Assembly (NCBI GenBank): GCA_030141605.1
Contig: JAQGDQ010000002.1
Coordinates: 1,612,001 to 1,676,000 of the forward strand
Direction: 5' to 3'
Origin: Tubiluchus corallicola
Lineage: Eukaryota > Animalia > Priapulida
DNA: 64,000 nt
Positions 24,771 to 37,198 of this stretch are shown one piece after another. Position numbers and translations under genes: made by a program. Within the stretch, counting starts at the first letter, position 1, and each line of letters starts with the position of its first letter. The notes below the pieces were generated by a model. That model saw only the letters and a list, made by a program, of their open reading frames with translations. It had not been told where the DNA came from and ran no database searches.

Positions 24771-27700
24771 AACCGCGTACAGTCAGCAAACAATCATTAG
24801 CTGAAGCAAATTATTGTCACAATTTGTGGCTTCTAAATTGCACTAAGCAAAAGTTGGAATTGTTTAATTGCTGGAGACGCGCCCGTTAAAGGAAGAAATT
24901 TATTGTTCTATGATTTGTTTTTCGGTTTCCTTCTTTTTTCTTTATGACTTTTTTCCTTTCATGTCGGCCTTTTATTTCGTTGGTCGTTAATTAATTTAGT
25001 TCGTAAGTTTACTAGCTGAGGACATTCCGCAAAATTGTTTTACCAAGCTTCATAGTTGCCTCAATATAATAGATATTCTCCCGTCAGTATCACCTTCCCC
25101 TCCCAGTTTGTCAGTATGGGCTGGTCGGGACATGTTTGAATTAATACATTTAAACAACTATAAATAACCAGTCTGGCGTCTGTCGGTGTCAGTTGACGCT
25201 TTTTGCTTTCTTGTCGAAAGCTTTGCCATCGACACCCATGTAGGGTTTTCTCAATGGTTTAAAATTGTTTACTCCCTTAGAGTGGCTGTTAAATTTCATC
25301 GCTAAAGAAACCATCTGCAATCATTTTGTGTAAACTCTGACAAAATTCACAACCCGATAACATCTTTTTCATACTTTTACTGGGATCGGTCGACAGACCT
25401 GCAGTTCAAAATGATTTTTAGATTCAATTATTCCTACCTTTGTTTTGTATTTTATTTAGATTTTGCATAATGCTTGAAATAAACCTTAGCCAGATATTTT
25501 AGGCACAAATTTCGGCCATAAATATAGGTCTTAACATGTTCATGAGTTGCACACTTTAGTAGTAGCTACATGGAACTTCCTTCGCTTTATCTATGCAGTT
25601 TTTATTATTATCAATTTTTGTTTCGTTTACACAACAAATTACAGGACAGGGCCTATAGGACCTAGGAATGGCGTCTATATTTTTTCGTTCCAAGTAATCA
25701 ACACTTTCTGTGTCCATTTTAGCAAACAAAAATCGAATATTGACAACAGGGGGACATTGTAAGTTTAGATTTTAAACAAAATTTTCACGTACGCATATTT
25801 TCCTTTCAGAAACTTTCATGAAATTGTTGTAGGGAAATATTTTTATGAAATAGCTTAGCCTTAGATAATAGATAAGTGAAACATACGAAAAGTATTCACG
25901 CGACTCGAAATGATTTGGCAAATACGTTGTCTTAAGTTAATTAACTAATCCTTATAGCTGTAAGCCATTTAAAAATGAAACGTCTTTTCAATAAAACCAC
26001 AAAAACTATATGTGTATAAATCCTATGGTCCATGCAGTCATGCACATCCTTCGAGATCTACAAAAACTTATCGCTTTTATCGGCTTTCACATTGATATCA
26101 TTATCGTAGTCATAATTTGCTTTTAGAACAGACACGTCATTGAATTCACACAACTCTGAACTTTGCCTTTAGGCATACCACATGATTGCTTTACGAAACT
26201 GGCTTTCCGAAAATACAGAAAATATTTGAGTGTGTTTAAGGAATGATAAGCCAGTTTCGTTTTATGTAAAATTTGTATCGTTACTATTCGTCTATAAAGG
26301 TAACTTGGGTTGCAGTGAAACCATGCAAAATGCGTATCAGTGCAAAATGTGGACATTTTTGTCGTTTTTTGGCAGTCACGGTTTTATCCATCATTGTTCA
26401 TAAACAGCGAGTAAAACTGTAGCCGATCACTGTAAGCTCCATAAGCTTAGGCTGATTGGTGTGTTAAATCAGCAAAATTCAAGGATTATGTAATTACTTT
26501 CTCCACTTTACACAGATGAGCGATTACTTTTTGTAGCACTAATATACACGTAATACTAACGTATGTGATAACTGTATGTATGTGCTGCATGTTTGATTAT
26601 GCACATGTAAAGGGTTATGTTACGTGCAAGTGTGCACAAATAAATCATACGCTCTTCGCTTTTCAACTCAGCAATTTTTCCAGTTTGTTTACTAAATTGT
26701 AATCAGCGACAAAACAGAAATTCATGGTTGCAGCATGCAAGCAAATGTTCAAATGTTTATAAGCATGATAAATTACATTTGTTATGAATGACATTGGACG
26801 CTTATGTGAATGTTTACCGTAGACCAGACTAAGACACGCCTATATGAACAGCCGGTTGTCAGTGGCTCACTCTTCAAAGGCAACGGTTATAACTTACTGA
26901 GTTGCAACCAAATATTTAGTAATCACGTCGTTTTAATCTTATCAGAAATGTAACAATAATTGGAAATTTACATTACCCTGAAAATGCGTAAAATGTCAGG
27001 AAAATGTTGTGTGTATGCCTATATAATATATGTGGATAGACTTGACTTTTAATGACGTCAAAAGATATGCGTTCGCTTACCCAAGCGCAATTCCGTTATG
27101 CAAACAAAAATGGCTTGTGTGATGCAACAGCAACAAATTTCAACCTAGAAAACGACAAAGTTTTGTGAGTAATAAGTAGCTTGAGTGTACGTCGCAGTGA
27201 TAATAGTTAAAAAACGAATGACAACGCGTCCATGTTTGTAATATGTATATATACTTATATATAGTGAGGTGTACGGTGAAATTGCGAAAGATAATTTTTA
27301 CCTAAGAAGAAAAATAATCTAACTTATCAATCGCAAAATCAATATGAATCTTGCTGAATTACATTTGCTGCTAAATTAAACTATTTCGAAACCTAGTTTT
27401 CGACTTGTTCTATAATAAAGTAAGTCATGGAGACAGAAACAGGGAGCCCTCGACTACATCAAGAGTGGGAAGAGTTTTTTGGTGAGCAGAGAAATATTAA
27501 TGTGACCGTTACCTAGGCTGAAAGCCTAGCTATCGGTGATATATTAAATTGTTAACTGAATTAAGGTTGCAGTTAATCCCAAATGGCCTATGATGGAAGC
27601 TGTGTGGCTACGTCAAAAATCAAAATATTCGAAGGTGTTAGAAGAGTCAGACCTACACTGTTCCTAAATTTCTCTCAAGGTGACTTATACCTGCCAGAAA

Positions 27701-29221
27701 TGGTCACGAAATTCATAGGGCTATAAGTGTCGCATTTATTTATGTATGCATTCGATACATGTAGGCCTTAAGAGCTCTCACTTCAAGCACTTCTGTTATG
27801 GTGTTCATGTTTCTATATAACATTGTTTATTAGTTTACTACTTTAGTTCTTAGACTTTGAATTCGTGTTTCTTGATTTAGTTTATTCATAATAAAAGAGG
27901 AATGATTTTAGGAAATATTATTGTTAACTGCTGACTAGTAAGCAGCAGCAGGGAATCAAAAGCTTACGTAATTAATTCAGTAATTAATTAATGAATTCGG
28001 TTCTTTAATACCGAATTTAAATCAAAAATATAAATTTGAGATTTTTTGTAAAGCTTACAGAAAGTTTTAGCAAGCTGTATTTTCAAATTGTATAAAACAT
28101 TATAACAGCTAGTGACACGGCAGCACATTCCAACGTGATGAATCACTGTCCATTTGAGTAAGATAATTGCAAAATGCCAAAGGCAAGAAAAACTATAGAT
28201 TTAATGACTGTGTTAAACAGAAAATTCCATTCACTGGAGAGTCTAATCTACACATGAATTAAAAGTTATGACTTAGAACGTAAACCGCCTTTAGACGTAA
28301 TGAGAGACAATATTTGACTTTTTCTCAGCGCATATGTTTTTTACTTCATTTACAGTAAAAAAAACAGATAACTTTATTGATTCAATTTTTGAACCCATAA
28401 ACCATGAAAAATAAATTACTAATGTATCGAAAAGTAAATCTAGACGAGGAAGTTCCGGTTTGTTAAAACGATTGTATTTTGTTTTTTGCTATTTTCTATA
28501 GATTATAATTACAAGTTTCGTGTTTCCTATATCAGCTGATAGCTATATTATAATAAGTCTACAGCTTTCGCACACGCTTCAGCACACCACAGCATCAGCA
28601 CCAATGCTAACGACCAGGCCTACTTAGTGTAAATATCAGTTTTACTTTGTTACGTGCAGTTTCGTTTATGTTGTAGCTATTCAGTTTTCGCCATACTAAA
28701 AGCAAATTATATTTAAAACAGTAACGCACTGAGAAATTTGTGCTAATTGCTAATTGCCTGGTATGTAGGTTATGTATAACTTAATTGTGGATTAAGCGAA
28801 GTGGCGATGCATAGCAGAATGTAGGTGGATCAAACACCTTCATAAATACGTTTATACTACAGGATGTTCCAAAAAATAGGGGAGTAAAAATATTACGTCA
28901 ATTGCAAAATGAGCCTTCTGCATTATGACATACTATATATTTATATTATGCTTTTACGTCATTATTTTAATTTTCATACCATGTAACTTGACATGACCAT
29001 ACTTAATTAGTTAGTGGATTAAACTAAGATGATAAAGTTGCCTTGGTTATAGCCATAGTTTCTTTTTAAACACACTGTACAAAGGGATGCGGGGACATAA
29101 AAATGCTTTGTCTAGTTCCCCGACTGCATTGAAATTAAATGTACTGCACGCAGTCTCTTCTCACTTCTCCTACCTCTTCTTCTCAGTGCATCTCCTCCTA
29201 CTTTTCGGCCGCTTGGTGGGG

Positions 29222-29583
29222 TATAAAAAATAACTGAAACCACATGTGGGTTAGATATAAATATCTCGGCATGTCCTATTGAATTGCAATTGAACATCTG
29301 GAGACAATGAAGACGATCTTTTGGAAGCCACGCGTGCAACTGATAAATGGTTTGTCCCTGCGGTTATGCTGGATGGTTTCTTTCTTTTCTGGCTTCTTTT
29401 AGCACATCAGTAACTGGGAAGTTTTTTGCACCGCCGTCACCGAACTACGTTCGGAACTTGACGACAGCGTCTGTGGAATCTTTTAATCTGTCCTGGTGTG
29501 AAGTTTAAAAAAGATGATACATTCTTAGAATTCCTCGAGCAAGTATCTTAGAGAGCAAAAGAGCAAAGAGTGTCAGACATGTG
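29222..29583 (+). promoter_or_regulatory. Possible TATA promoter and first exon of the RhoGEF gene
   Basis: TATAAAA at 29222-29228 after a CT-rich tract; GC-richer segment ending at a G|GTATGT donor at 29583/29584. Link to exon 40054 unproven. Confidence 0.25.
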
Positions 29584-30666
29584 GTATGTTGCGAAAAAAG
29601 GCGCAATTAGGAATATATTTAATGAGCATTTTACAATAGGTTGATATTTACAAATTTATATCATATTTATATCATATTTGTGTAAGCCTACATTCTTATA
29701 TAAGGTGAGGCGTATTAACGACTGTCATTCGTTGCTGTTTTTATTGTTTTTCATGTCGTCAGTTTGTGACAAAGTCAACGTGACATCATTTAGCAACACG
29801 TTATTTTTATGATCAGAGAATTTTGGCTGTTCTTTGCTAACACGCCACTAGCCGTTTTCAAATAAGTATAAGTACCATGCTGTTAAAAAATAAAGTGAAT
29901 TCCAGCGTCCTTAACAACACTAAAAGAAAAAGATATTAAAAGCAGTTATAGCTTGGTGAATATGTAGTCTTTTTGTAGTAGGTGGTCTGTAAGTAACGTT
30001 TAATAGCGACTTAAATCACCTAATGGCATCATAGTAGTAGACACCTTTTCTTCTTGCTGAATATTTATCACGAGCCACGAGCTTTGCGGGAGTCAGTGTT
30101 CAGTATGTTCATTGAAGACCCGGTTTTTTGTTTCTGTAAAGAAAGACTTTCGTTTTGTTGACCTTTTCTTTGATTTTTTGTTTGCACCTGCAAAAAGTTC
30201 TGTGTACAGATTGCGGTTGCACACAGTATTTTCCACAAAGATACGAGACTTTGAATCCGAAGGGCTCTCATTCTCTCCAGGACCTGTACAGGAGGGGGTT
30301 TCAAAATGAACAAATGGATCGCTTTCAAATGCGGCAAATGAAATGCCTTTTTTAATAACAAAAGAACACTCACCCTGTGATCATTGTGTTACTCTGGATA
30401 AGAGGAGCAACAGAATAGCAAGTAGGTCTATTATGTTGCATCGGTTAGGAACAGCAGAAAGTAAATAGATTTAAATAACATGGACTTTGAAATCCTATTT
30501 GTACGCTACAAATGAAGGCGAAAGTTTACTATTTCATTGCGCAAGTTTTTAGTTGGTTCAACTTGAACTTGGTTGTCATAGAGACGAGACCATGCTCAGG
30601 AATGATGGTAATTATTGCAGTCCACAGAAAAGATATTGTACAAGTACAACTTGTATCTAATGATTA

Positions 30667-31560
30667 TTCCTCCCGCGCGAAAACGTCATAAATAATAATG
30701 AGTTTGAAACCATACTGTATCTGCAATGTTTAATCATTTAAGAGTATTCCTTAATCGCTTTATACGGGAACTGCGTCTCGTCGGAATCTTGCTCTGTTGG
30801 TCACTAAAGCTTTCGCTAACTTTTGTGGCATTTTTGGTTATGGAATGTAAGTCTGTTTGCGGTTTTCAAGTGTCACAAATCATTCAAAATGTGTCCTGCA
30901 ATGATGTTGCGGTAAGTATTCTTGCAACATTTGTAGGACTCAAAATAACATCCCAGTGGACGTATAACACTTGACAAAAAATTCTAGGTTAAGTGAGCGG
31001 TTTTTAGGTTTACGATATTTGTTCTATTTATGTATACACTAAGGATAGCTAAATGGGCTACATTATTTAATTTACAATCAAAATTTTGCGCACTGGTATT
31101 ATCGGTAGGCTACATTGCCACATTGGAGTGATCTACTCAAATTCCCAATTCTCTTGGTACTAATTTTCACGGCAGCTTTGTGTGTCAACGTAATCTGCAG
31201 AACTTGAAAAGTTTGTGAAAGCACGCATTTTCCATGCGCGTTTTTACGTGCGCAAGTTGCTCATTTACAACGCTCTAGGCTTTTAGAATATAAAACAAAC
31301 TGGTTTTGTAACAATCACATTACTATTTGACATGCTGCCTCTTAATTTGACCAAGCATATGACCACATTTGAATGGCAGAAACTGACAATCTTGCTTCCA
31401 GTGCCCCACAATTCGCTTCCTGTGCACCACTATTTTGACAAATAGCTGACCATGGGTAGTTTGGTCTTGAGTATTGATCCAAATTGACCACAGAAACCTC
31501 TAATCTTAAAACCTGTTCTGTAGATGTAAGTGCATGGAAAAAATTTGTCTTGTCAGCCAT
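30667..31560 (-). mobile_element. Possible decayed Ty3/gypsy LTR-retrotransposon remnant
   Basis: Frameshifted double zinc-knuckle-like string NCG.HWKQDCQFLPFKC....GQIKR.AC (31327-31413); RRSSRIKR (30755-30778), typical of gypsy integrase C-termini; downstream purine tract GCGGGAGGAA (30667-30676). No paired LTRs or RT motifs seen. Confidence 0.35.
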
Positions 31561-31931
31561 TCAAAGTATATAGCGAGAAAAATTTTGACCCTTCACATAT
31601 TCGTTATTCACTGTTAGTGTAAAGGTTGTATACAACATACATATGTACTATATCGCGAATTAAACAATACATTTCGCTTGCAACCTAGGTACACTATATC
31701 CAATTTCAGTTAGTGGTATAAGAGAATGTGGGCAACAGCTTCCGTGTTTAACTTTTATGTTCTACATTTGAGTGGAACGCCAGGACTCAAATAACGGGGC
31801 TATCATTAAATGGGCCCTAGGGCTTCAATATATATTTATATATATATATGTGTGTGTGCGTGCGTGTGTGTATGTATATGCATCTCTCATCGAGCGATAT
31901 ACTAATTGCTAATTCAATGTGCCCAAATGTT

Positions 31932-32181
31932 TTTAATTAATTTTTAGTTTTACAATTATTTTAGTGTACTATGTGCATTTCTAAATAATAATTTTACTGA
32001 TTTATAAATTCACACCGATGTTTCTAATCACTAATGCAACACACAGTAACTATCGTATTTAATTAATTTTTAGTTTTACTTTTTATTTTAGTGTACTATA
32101 TGTATTTCTAAATAATAATTTTGCTGATTTATAAATTCACACCGATGTTTCTAATCACTAATGCAACACACAGTAACTATC
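31932..32181. repeat. Tandem duplication, about 127-bp unit x2
   Basis: Copies 31932-32054 and 32058-32181 are nearly identical (e.g. CACACCGATGTTTCTAATCACTAATGCAACACACAGTAACTATC at 32011 and 32138). Confidence 0.95.
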
Positions 32182-33345
32182 AGTTATAAACGGAATAGTT
32201 TAATAAGATATATTTCCTATGATATATATCAGTCACATAATAATAGGACATACTGACATAGTCCTGCATTCTAAGGCATATCTTCTTATATGAACACTAG
32301 GCTGACGTACTTGAGACGTTTGTTTTGTCATGCTTTACTGGGTACGTACTGTATTACCTGAATGCTGCATGAGCATTGTTGGCGGACTGTTGTGCGGGCA
32401 GATGAACTGAAGTAGAACGTTAATCGTTTGGTTAATGGTTAGTGGTTACCGTTTGAGTTGCAGGAATACCTGAATGTCTGATCTCTGTGCTTTGTGTGTG
32501 GTGGTAGGCTGTATAATGTGGTTTTGATGATGAGGGATAATTATCTTGCTAAACAGCGCAATATGTGGGAAATTTGGCGTGAAAAATAGTGATAATTTAT
32601 TGGTAAAAATTACTTGACTTGAAGTGCTGAGCTCTGTGAAATTGACAGCGATCCATGTAGTTTGTACGTTCTTTCAGTAACAACGCAAATCAAAATGCGA
32701 AAAATCATTTGTGTAATTATAAGCTGCTTAATTACACGTTGGTGGTCTTGTAGCTGCAGTTGAAAAGGCTGGATCAATATTAGTTTAGTAATAGATAGCT
32801 TTCTTGATATCTTTGTGAATAGTGCGTAATAGCAACAATATTGTTAAGGAGGAAATTGTACCACGCTATGTTTTCTGCAGTGCCAGAATAAGTGTACTGT
32901 GACTCTCTGAGTCATCGCTGTAACAGTACGTAATGTTGTTTTAACATTCGTGAATATCGTTCTGATTGGTTGTGTAAATAGAGTTGCTGTAATGTTTGAG
33001 CCCGTTGAATATCTCAAATATCTATGAATCTTATATCACCGGGCAGTATTGTTGACTTGATATTCTCAGTCACGATATACATTCGTAGATCTCCTGTGTA
33101 CCTAGAACAAAGTCATTAAATTTAGCAACGTAGTTAGATTGAATGGCTTTCCTTAGAACTATACAGCTCTTGTATTCATTTTACTGTAAAAAGGCGAACA
33201 ACACCTTATTGAAAAAAACAGCTTCAAATTCTAAAAGAAAATTACAGCTTGTAGCTCAAAAGTGTTGCCTTCATAAATTACTTTCTTAAGATGAGAAAAT
33301 TAACTGTAGTCTTAATAAGAACGCAATTGTCTTGAATTCCTGCTC

Positions 33346-33468
33346 GAGGGGGAAGAGAGGAAGGAGTGTCGGAGAAAAGGTGAGAGGGAGAAGGGGAGTA
33401 TGACGATGAGGAGATAGAGAGAGAGAGAGAAAGAGAGAAAGACAGAAAGATCTAAGGAAGAGAGAAAA
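33346..33468. repeat. Purine-rich GA low-complexity tract
   Basis: GAGAGG/GAGA-rich run. Confidence 0.8.
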
Positions 33469-36400
33469 ATATTTAATTACAAATCGTTAAGAATCCTCAC
33501 ATTATCTGCATACATGATTATCGTAATTTATTTTGCATCTCGATCTAAGTTCGGAGACGCGTGCAGTGTTATGTTTGGTATTAGCTCTTGTACCTCTGGC
33601 TGTTGCTCAATTTGCTCACCTGCAGACGTTTACGAGGTAGATGTTTATAGTCACATGACCTCATTTGACTTTATTGCCATCTTTACATCTGCCACCGAGT
33701 GAGCAAGAATCATTATCATAACTAGTTTTACACGAATGTGGCAGTACATACAGTAACGACTTTCTGTACACAAATTATCTGAAATAAAATCAGATTCCAA
33801 ATTGGGTGGCACTGGCTAAGAAACGCGTTAAATTGTATTAAGCTGAATGTTTTGAATAGCGTACTGCATTAATGATCGAATTTTTATTGTGGCCGAAATA
33901 GTAGACAGTTTGTCATGATGAATCGGAACAAAATATTTATTCATAGGTATCTCACACGTAATCCGAGTCTGTAGTGTAAGCCTAAGTGTAACTGCAAGCA
34001 CCAAACACAAGATACGATGTTTACTATTTGCAAGCACTAATCTGGAGCTTATATTATATTTAAATGCAGTGAATATTATGCAGTTAAATGCAGCGAAGTT
34101 TTACAATGTGTTCAGCATTAATGTCGAAGGTGGATTAGTTTGTGTTATCTTTTAGTTTGTTCAAAGTAGCAAAATAGCACAGCGCCACACTGTTTGACAT
34201 AATCATTGCAATTGCTCTGCTTTTTAAAGTGTTATCTGTTTTGAATATACATGTACATTTTTTTCAAATGTTCTTTGCAGTGATTCCTGGCTAAATCCTG
34301 TAGTAGAGGCTTACAGTTGAGTCAATGGAATGAAAACAATGTCCTGTGGATAGTTAACGAGGTGTTTATGCAAGCTGTCGGTCCGAAGCGTTAGGTTCAA
34401 ACCGTGTGTTTTTGTTGTCGCAATTAATTATGTTTGCTATTCGTGTACATACTCCACGAGGTTTCTGACCCGGAAGATAGATGTAACGCACTTATATTGC
34501 TTGAATATGGTGTTGAGCGGTTTAGAAATAAACAAATCAGTCTTGTGCAGAACGTGTATTTTGCTTGAAATTGATTACTTGTCCGTTGTTGGTTGTATAT
34601 ACACAAGCTTTTATTGCTTTGCTTTTGCAGTACCGTTGCCTAGCAACTGTTATATTAGTAAACTGGCGGAGTGTTTCACTCTCTGGGGAGTTACTATTCG
34701 TGTAATTTGTTTGATTTATCAAACTGCACTGATTGCAATTAATCCACGAATATTTGGTCAGAGCAAACTGGCAAGTGTTGATACTTTGAATATGTCTATT
34801 TAATATGTCACTATTAAAGAAGTTTGTCAGTTTATGTCTACCAAAATGTATAAAATATCGGTTCGTGTACCACCGGTGGTAAGTTTTGTAATTTCATTAA
34901 TCATATACATGTAGAATGTTTTGGTTAACAGAGCACATGTTTGCTGTGCACAAAATATGATAAAAAAACAGCATACCAACATTTTATCGATGATTTCTAA
35001 TTTAGTCCGTTTCTTATAGATGCTGTTAAAGTTTTGTTTATAAGTATATACGTTTTTGTCTAATGGTGTAGTCAGTCTCCTTCGTGTTGAACTCTTACAG
35101 ATGCCCATCGCTAGATCTTCAATAGCTTTTTTGTACTAGCTTACATAGCAAATTTTCGAGTCTAACAATTGGTGGAAAGTGGTGTAATGTACTAATAGTT
35201 CACATTTATTCTTGGAATGCGATAGATATTGACTTAAATCTTACTGTGAGAAATTTTTTCAGCTTTGTCAAATTATTTTGCTTGCACGCCGTTAGGAGTG
35301 TCCATGGATGTAGCAAAACAAAGGCAGGTAAAGTTGGCCATACACGGAGCAGAACAGCAGTCAAAATTATAATATCATAAATAAATTGGTTTATAACATG
35401 CCTATTGATAATAATAATAATCCTATTATGGCAACCCTTTGAATCATGTATGACTATAATAGAAGGCAAAGTTCTGGCTGATGATTTTTTTACCTAAAGC
35501 TAGATCTTAGACTTCCCCCGGACACTTTACCGTCAACCGACATTACTTTCTTTTCACCTCAAACGTACTGGGGTCGCCTATCCATGTGTATAGTATACAT
35601 GCTAAAGGTCCGCGATTCTATTGAATGAACTCGATATACTGCACATAAGTGGAAAAACACGAAAATTAGCTTGTTGCACGTTTTAAATCTAGGTTAGTAT
35701 AATACATGTAAGTGGACTTTGAAGTGGCAGTTGAATAAGTTTGCACTTTAAAGTCACGGTGTCATGACGGCAAAGCTTTCAACTCATCAAGATTATGATG
35801 ACCGTAGATTTTTGTTTTTTAAAAACTAGTCCTGCCTACGGAAGTACATGTATAGGAAGCTTGTCAACATAATTTACTCACTCTTCTATTCATGGATTCA
35901 TGTCTTACTAAATCCGACCGAATAGGTTTGATTTCTTTTTATTTTGTTGCTAAAAATTAGTGTACTTCTTGACTTTCTAGATTGAAAAGCAACTGTTAGC
36001 TCATACAGCATGCTTTTTTAAAAAAGAACTTACATCTTGCGGTTTTCTCCTCACGTTTAAGATTTACATTTCTAATTGCAGTGATAAAGTGTTAGAGCAC
36101 CTTTACTCTGAATTCGGGGGCAACTTACCAGTACGTGTATTTTGCTTTTATGAGCACAAACGGGCGCAAACCCTCGGCTTCGGTTCTCTATTTTATTATT
36201 TTCTTCGAGTCTGCTTCTTATTATTATTGGAAATGCACATAATTTTTTTTGCACTTCAAAAGCTCTTGTTAATAGAATTAGACAATCGATCATAAACTTG
36301 ATGCATTTGTTTCCACATCTGCTTAACAGTCTTCTTTTCCGTTCTTTGTTAAAGTGATAATCCAAATACGAAGCCGGATTAAATGTCTTGCGCTTTTGGT

Positions 36401-37012
36401 TACCAGATGCTGAAATGGCACGTGTATTGCGGTGGATATTCGTGACCTGAAATAAACTTGTCATCCCTCTTAGGCGCTGCAAGAAGGGAGGGGAGGTGGT
36501 TAGGAAGGGGTTGTCATACTACAAATGATGCCAACAAGGGCGACAAGCATTTTGCGATTTGTAGTTCTATTCACCTGTGACGTGCGTTTCAAACAAGTTT
36601 TTTGCTTCAGGAATAGTTGTCTAGTGATAGGCCAGCTTACGGAACTATTTTGACTTCCCTTCTTTGATACATTGTAGATTCTGGCATGTGGTCCTCATCT
36701 GCTGATGTAACCAGCCCTCGGAAGAGTGAACCGCAAGACGTCAGCAGAAGAATTCGACATTTTCCTGCTTCCGCTGTCAGTTGAGGTGTATCTTCCATGC
36801 AGACTACAACTTGTGCTCATTCATAAATTTATTCTTGGCTTCAGTTTTAACCGTCGTAGTACATACGTCGTTATAGTAGTACATTGTGTATATGCATAGT
36901 AGTATTGGAGTACATGACATAGTCCATAATTATTTGACTGTTGCGCGGATAGGTGTAAAGTGCGCAATTCTATAAGTACAGTTTCGTAAGTACATGTATA
37001 TTCAAGACAGGG

Positions 37013-37198
37013 TATGGTAAAATGGGCTAATGTCATTCACAGGCGAATGTCCGACAGTGAGCTTCAGCTTTTTCTTCTGTTTTATTAATAATGGGAAACA
37101 AAAACAAAATAGTTTTTGTACTACTTTGTTAATTTTAGTAAAGCCTAAATTCTCTGTCTGACATTAGACAGTGTATGCCATTAGCCCATTTTATCACA
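37013..37198. mobile_element. MITE-like element with about 59-bp terminal inverted repeats
   Basis: 37013-37071 TATGGTAAAATGGGCTAATGTCATTCACAGGCGAATGTCCGACAGTGAGCTTCAGCTTT versus the reverse complement of 37140-37198 TGTGATAAAATGGGCTAATGGCATACACTGTCTAATGTCAGACAGAGAATTTAGGCTTT; ungapped, about 80% identical by eye. Confidence 0.75.

Noticed and set aside
21691-32181. Local direct repeats as a possible CRISPR-like array
   Set aside because: Only two copies each, no repeat-spacer periodicity, no cas genes, eukaryotic context.
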